A stretch of 50,415 bases of DNA from an uncultured Candidatus Saccharibacteria bacterium (GTDB lineage Bacteria > Patescibacteriota > Minisyncoccia > Phycocordibacterales > PALSA-1337). The position numbers and the translations under genes are program-made. How positions within the stretch are numbered: position 1 is the stretch's first letter; every line of letters begins with the position of its first letter. The stretch lies in the NCBI GenBank assembly GCA_964394505.1, contig CAYMXR010000002.1, positions 2,494 to 52,908 of the forward strand, in the 5' to 3' direction. The notes beneath the pieces are model-generated. The model was not told where the DNA came from. It searched no databases and worked only from the letters and a program-made list of their open reading frames with translations. This document shows positions 46,101-50,415 of this stretch, in pieces.

Positions 46101-47390
46101 CTAATAGTCCCTCATCGCAACCTGAGCATCGATCTTTTTTAGCAAATCCAAGACAACTGATACCACGATGAGAAGAGCGGTACCACCGACAGCAACCGAA
46201 CTGTCATTGCCAGGAGAAAATGCTTGAATAATAAGCGGAAGAATAGCGACTGCGCCCAAGAATAATGCACCGACTAGAGTAATACGAGTAACAATATTAC
46301 CGATGTAACTTTGAGTATGCTCCCCTGGTCTAACACCGGGAATGAAGGCGCCCGATCGTTGTAGATTTTCGGAGATCTGTTTTGGATCGAAAGTCACAGC
46401 AGTATAGAAATATGTAAACAATACAACAAGGACAAAATAGACCGAACCATAGAGCCATTGATTTGTAAGTAATGTAGAGATATATGAACCAATATCGGCA
46501 AGCCATGGATAGGCTGTAACTTTTGCAAGAGCAGTAGCTATGATCTGAGGGAAAAGAAGAATAGAAAGAGCAAAAATGATTGGAATAACACCAGATTGAT
46601 TGAGTCTCAAAGGAAGATAGGTTGTGGAACCACCGTAGACTTTGTTGCCCCTAACCTGTTTTGCATAAGTCACAGGAACCGATCTCTCTGCCTCGGTCAC
46701 ATAGACCACGCCGGCCACAGCGGCAATCGCTATAACCAAAACCCCGATATAAAAAGGAATATCCGATGCTCCGGTTGTAGATATCTTTTGGATATTTTGG
46801 ATTATTGATGTTGGAAGACTAGCGACTATACCAGCAAAGATAATGAGAGATACGCCATTGCCGATACCATATTCGGAGATAAGTTCACCGATCCACATAA
46901 GCAAAACCGATCCCGCTGTTATAACCAAAACATTTACTACAAAAGCAAACATGTCTAGATTTGGTAAAACATTTTGAGATTGCAAGAGTATTATAAAACC
47001 AATAGCTTGGATAACTGCCAAAGGAGCACCGAGTAAACGAGAATATTGTGATAGCTTCATTCTACCCGCCTCCCCATCATCATGAAGCATGGCCTTCCAC
47101 TTTGGAAACATCATGGTTAGAAGTTGAATGATGATAGAACCTGTAATGAATGGTCCAACACCAAGCATCACGATAGAAAGATTGGCCAGACCTCCTCCTG
47201 AAAAGATGTTGAGTAAACCGAGAAGCTGACTTGATGATAAAAGATTTGCAAGATTAACAGGATCAACGCCTGGTATTGGTATAGAAGCCAAAACACGGAA
47301 TAAAACCAAAGCACCAACAGTAAAACCAACTCTTTTCCTTAGTGTTTGATCTTTGAATATTACTATTATTTTTTGCCAGAATTTTTCCAT
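46101..47390 (-). CDS. secY: Preprotein translocase subunit SecY
   Basis: 429 aa, 10-TM SecY sequence, positioned after rplO. Confidence 0.95.
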   Translation of the reverse strand: MEKFWQKIIVIFKDQTLRKRVGFTVGALVLFRVLASIPIPGVDPVNLANLLSSSQLLGLLNIFSGGGLANLSIVMLGVGPFITGSIIIQLLTMMFPKWKAMLHDDGEAGRMKLSQYSRLLGAPLAVIQAIGFIILLQSQNVLPNLDMFAFVVNVLVITAGSVLLMWIGELISEYGIGNGVSLIIFAGIVASLPTSIIQNIQKISTTGASDIPFYIGVLVIAIAAVAGVVYVTEAERSVPVTYAKQVRGNKVYGGSTTYLPLRLNQSGVIPIIFALSILLFPQIIATALAKVTAYPWLADIGSYISTLLTNQWLYGSVYFVLVVLFTYFYTAVTFDPKQISENLQRSGAFIPGVRPGEHTQSYIGNIVTRITLVGALFLGAVAILPLIIQAFSPGNDSSVAVGGTALLIVVSVVLDLLKKIDAQVAMRDY

Positions 47391-47419
47391 GTTATTTTAT
47401 CTGAGCTCCTTGGGGCAAA

Positions 47420-48007
47420 TTATTTCTTCTCTACTTTCTTTGCTTTGTCTTCTGTCTTCTTGGTTTTTGGCTTTTCTACCTTTTCAATTGTCTTCGATTC
47501 TGCTTTTACTTTATTTGATTGATCAATCTTATGCGCTTTGATTTTGGATTCGACTACTATTTTTGGATCTTCAATAGAACCATGAGCTTTCACTACCTTT
47601 TCTCTTGCCGAACCAGAAATACTGCATCCAGAAATCTTTAAAACTTTTGTAATATCTCCATTTCCAAGAATTTTTACCTTTGGAACCTTGCCAGAAATCT
47701 TTGAGATAAGGCCTTTTTCTATAAGAATAGTAGGTGTAACAGAGTCATTGTTCACAAAAGTTGTTTCCAAAACTTCTAGATTTATTACAGATGCAAAATC
47801 TTGAAATGATTTGTTGGAATTTTTGCCTCGACCACGAAGTTTAGGAACGCGCTTGATAATATCACGCCATTCTGGACGGCGCTTGTTACCGGCACGAGCA
47901 GATTGACCCTTCCCTCCTCTACCAGCAGTCTTTCCACGCTTACCGCCACGAGCAACGGTCATTCGCTTTTTATTTGGATGTATTCTTTTTAATTGATTTG
48001 CTTGCAT
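47420..48007 (-). CDS. rplO: 50S ribosomal protein L15 (with Lys-rich C-terminal extension)
   Basis: GGKRGKTAGRGGKGQ N-terminal motif. About 50 extra Lys/Glu-rich residues at the C-terminus. Confidence 0.9.
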   Translation of the reverse strand: MQANQLKRIHPNKKRMTVARGGKRGKTAGRGGKGQSARAGNKRRPEWRDIIKRVPKLRGRGKNSNKSFQDFASVINLEVLETTFVNNDSVTPTILIEKGLISKISGKVPKVKILGNGDITKVLKISGCSISGSAREKVVKAHGSIEDPKIVVESKIKAHKIDQSNKVKAESKTIEKVEKPKTKKTEDKAKKVEKK

Positions 48008-48022
48008 ATATTTTCTGTTTTA

Positions 48023-48760
48023 TTACTTTTTTGAAATACCTCCACGCAATACTGATCTCGACAGTTTATTTAAATTCTTCAAAGCTTCGATAGTTGCCTT
48101 GGCATTGTTTAATTTGTTTTTGGTTCCAGAGATGAATTTTGCACAGACATCTTTGATTCCAGCAAGTTCGATAACTGCTCTAGCGGAACTTCCGGCGATA
48201 ACACCACGACCTCGGGCTGGAAAGATCTTAACTACAGCACTTGAATATTTGCCTTCTACAGCATGTGGAATAACCATCTTTGGATTTAAGACGACTCTTA
48301 TGAGATTCTTTTTTGCATCACGAGTAGCCTTTTCTACAGAGAGGGCTGTATCACCACCTTTGCCAAGACCTACACCTACTCGACCCTTGTGATCGCCAGC
48401 AACGACAGATACACTGAAAGAGTACCTGCGACCACCGGTAGCCACACGAGTCACCCTTCTAATATCGATAATCTTTGAATCAAATTCTGGCTTAACCCTC
48501 TCCCTTGATTCACCACGCTTAGCGCCACGATTTTGACTATTGTGACCACCGTGTCTAGCACTATCTCCACGCATCTTTCGTCCAGGAGTAAATTTGTTTG
48601 GAGTTGCAACAGATGCGGGCACGACCGCTTCTCTCGTGTCTACCAGAGCATCAGCAATCACGAGATCTGCATCAATTCCACTTGGTGGAACCTTCAAATC
48701 AGCAATCTCATCGTTTGCTACTATCTTCTCATCTAATTTTGTTTCCTTGTTTGTTGACAT
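48023..48760 (-). CDS. rpsE: 30S ribosomal protein S5 (with ~85-aa N-terminal extension)
   Basis: Core IIDIRRVTRVATGGRRYSFSVSVVAGD...GVGLGKG is classic S5. It is preceded by an acidic/low-complexity extension. Confidence 0.9.
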   Translation of the reverse strand: MSTNKETKLDEKIVANDEIADLKVPPSGIDADLVIADALVDTREAVVPASVATPNKFTPGRKMRGDSARHGGHNSQNRGAKRGESRERVKPEFDSKIIDIRRVTRVATGGRRYSFSVSVVAGDHKGRVGVGLGKGGDTALSVEKATRDAKKNLIRVVLNPKMVIPHAVEGKYSSAVVKIFPARGRGVIAGSSARAVIELAGIKDVCAKFISGTKNKLNNAKATIEALKNLNKLSRSVLRGGISKK

Positions 48761-48767
48761 ATTATTA

Positions 48768-49118
48768 TTAGAATTCTAATCCGCCTTTTCTGGCAGATTC
48801 TGCTACCATTTTTATCTTGCCTGTATAAAGATAGCCACTTCTATCAAAGACTACTTTTGTAATTTTCCTTGCCTTTGCTAATTTTGCAATCTCTACACCA
48901 ACCTCTTCTGCTCTTTCGACCGGCTTCTTGGCTTTTGACTGTTTTGAGTCGAAAGCTACAAGAGTGTGCCCCTTATCATCATTGATGATCTGAGCGTATA
49001 TGTACTTGTGTGATTTGAAAATCGACAATCTAGGCCTTTCTTCTGTACCATGAATCTTGGCACGAATACGAGCTTTTCTTCGAGCAAATATTTTATCTTG
49101 TTTCTGTAGTGTTTTCAT
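48768..49118 (-). CDS. rplR: 50S ribosomal protein L18
   Basis: ARRKARIRAKI...RLSIFKS.KYIYAQIIDD signature. Confidence 0.93.
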   Translation of the reverse strand: MKTLQKQDKIFARRKARIRAKIHGTEERPRLSIFKSHKYIYAQIINDDKGHTLVAFDSKQSKAKKPVERAEEVGVEIAKLAKARKITKVVFDRSGYLYTGKIKMVAESARKGGLEF

Positions 49119-49126
49119 ATTGTTGA

Positions 49127-49660
49127 TTATGCAGCTTTCTTACCTTGTTTGCGTCTTACGACCTCGTCAGAATAATGAATACCCTTACCTAGATAAGGTT
49201 CTGGTTTCTTCAAAGAGCGTACTTCTGCGGCAAATTGTCCGACTCTTTCGCAATCAATACCGGAAACTGTAATGGTGTTTTTTTCTGATGTAATCTTGAG
49301 GTCTGCGGGAATAGGAACTGTAATTGTATGAGAAAATCCTAAAGCTAAAACAAGATCTTTGCCTTTGATATCTGCTTTGTAACCGATACCTTCGACTACA
49401 AGTTTCTTTTCGTAAACTTTGTGAACTCCGGCGATCATGTTTTTTATGTGAGATGCATATGTCCCCCAAAGAGCTTTTGATTGGAGGGTTTCATTGTTTA
49501 AGGTCAAAACTATCTCATCTTTACCGACAACTACATTTACAACTGGCTTTATAGTCTTGGTCAAAGCACCGAGAGGACCCTTTATGGTTATAACACCAGC
49601 CGAAAAAGACGCTTCGGTTTTTGCTGGTAGTACAATAGGTTTTTTTGCAATTCTTGACAT
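49127..49660 (-). CDS. rplF: 50S ribosomal protein L6
   Basis: MSRIAKKPIVLP start typical of L6. The track ORF extends 5 codons further upstream. Confidence 0.92.
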   Translation of the reverse strand: MSRIAKKPIVLPAKTEASFSAGVITIKGPLGALTKTIKPVVNVVVGKDEIVLTLNNETLQSKALWGTYASHIKNMIAGVHKVYEKKLVVEGIGYKADIKGKDLVLALGFSHTITVPIPADLKITSEKNTITVSGIDCERVGQFAAEVRSLKKPEPYLGKGIHYSDEVVRRKQGKKAA

Positions 49661-49668
49661 TTTATTTA

Positions 49669-50061
49669 TTACCAAATCTTAAACAAGACCTCGCCTCCGA
49701 CTTTATTTTTCTTTGCTTCGACATCAATCATAATACCCTTTGATGTAGAAATGAAAGTATTTCCAAAACCACTTCGATACATTCTTATATCTTCAGCCTT
49801 GAGATATATCCTTCTTGATGATTTGGATACTCTCTCTACTCCGTGAATTCTTGGTTCTTTGTCGAAATAGATAAGCCCGACTTCTAATTCTCTGGAAAAA
49901 TCCTTTCCTTTTTTCTCAATTGTACTCACGTAACCGGCCTTCTTCAAAGCATGGACTACATTTTCGACAAATTTTGATCGAGAAACAACGACCGATGATT
50001 TCCTAGCATCACTGCCATTTTTTAGGCGAATTATGAGATCTGAAATTGGGTCTGTTACCAT
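49669..50061 (-). CDS. rpsH: 30S ribosomal protein S8
   Basis: DPISDLIIRLKNG signature, 130 aa. Confidence 0.93.
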   Translation of the reverse strand: MVTDPISDLIIRLKNGSDARKSSVVVSRSKFVENVVHALKKAGYVSTIEKKGKDFSRELEVGLIYFDKEPRIHGVERVSKSSRRIYLKAEDIRMYRSGFGNTFISTSKGIMIDVEAKKNKVGGEVLFKIW

Positions 50062-50240
50062 GATGATTTTTTAATTCCTGGAATAACTCCTTCATTGGCA
50101 AATTCTCGGAAACAAATACGGCAGATATCAAAATCTCTCATATAACCATGCTTGCGACCACAGCGGAAACAGCGTCTTACAACCCTAGATTTGAACTTGG
50201 GTTTCTTTTGAGATCTTGCTACTACTGATGTTTTTGCCAT
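50055..50240 (-). CDS. rpsZ: 30S ribosomal protein S14 type Z (zinc-binding)
   Basis: 61-aa form starting MAKTSVVARSQKK with CxxC...CxxC (CFRCGRK...CRICF). The track ORF adds 10 implausible residues. Confidence 0.9.
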   Translation of the reverse strand: MAKTSVVARSQKKPKFKSRVVRRCFRCGRKHGYMRDFDICRICFREFANEGVIPGIKKSSW

Positions 50241-50326
50241 TTTTGTAAAAAAATGATGACTGGTTAGCAAATCTACTTGCTTCCAATCAATATTTTATTG
50301 AATACCCTATTTGTTAAGGTTTGATC

Positions 50327-50355
50327 ATACTAGCAGAATGATTGCTACGAGTCAA
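50327..50355 (-). promoter_or_regulatory. Candidate promoter TTGACT-N17-TAGTAT upstream of rpsZ
   Basis: Minus strand TTGACT (50350..50355) and TAGTAT (50327..50332). The sequence upstream of rpsZ has stops in all frames, so no rplE abuts it within the window. Confidence 0.35.
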
Positions 50356-50415
50356 CAGTCAGTCTTCTCTAATACAAAAGGATACCCAAATCGTTCACGA
50401 TTCTAACGTAAATGA

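Overview
AT-rich, gene-dense bacterial fragment, coded almost entirely on the minus strand and using the standard code (TGA is used as a stop). I read it as a Candidate Phyla Radiation / Patescibacteria-type genome: rpsE is followed directly by rplO with no L30 gene, several housekeeping proteins carry insertions or extensions, and there is a secretin-less type IV pilus locus. Minus-strand order from the high-coordinate end: the spc ribosomal operon tail (rpsZ-rpsH-rplF-rplR-rpsE-rplO-secY); a ~6 kb three-gene insertion (tail-fibre-like surface protein, animal-type GH56 hyaluronidase homologue, DUF4143 AAA ATPase); adk-map-ndk; a 640-nt non-coding gap with a nested palindromic element; a beta-CASP RNase; the infC-rpmI-rplT operon on the plus strand; a PLD/cardiolipin synthase; smpB plus tmRNA; lactate permease; ftsH; a LAGLIDADG-like ORF beside tRNA-Ile(UAU) and an internally deleted tRNA copy; recG; a MazF/PemK fusion protein; tRNA-Ser; GNAT; tyrS; comFC. 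Then comes a full type IV pilus locus (pilMNO, pilB, orphan receiver, pilT, pilC, four pilin paralogues, pilD, four minor pilins) that carries two HEPN/nucleotidyltransferase modules. It is followed by ligA-gatC-gatA, a membrane HepT-like protein, a 755-bp internally deleted IS66 derivative and initiator tRNA. The most notable items are the GH56 homologue and the island that splits secY from adk, the TA-bracketed pilin cassette, the antitoxin-less MazF fusion facing a promoter plus structured RNA, the tmRNA and tRNA duplication scars, and a set of unusual long repeat-built hairpins at gene ends. All calls come from reading the sequence and ORF translations and comparing them with family motifs recalled from memory. 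No searches were run.
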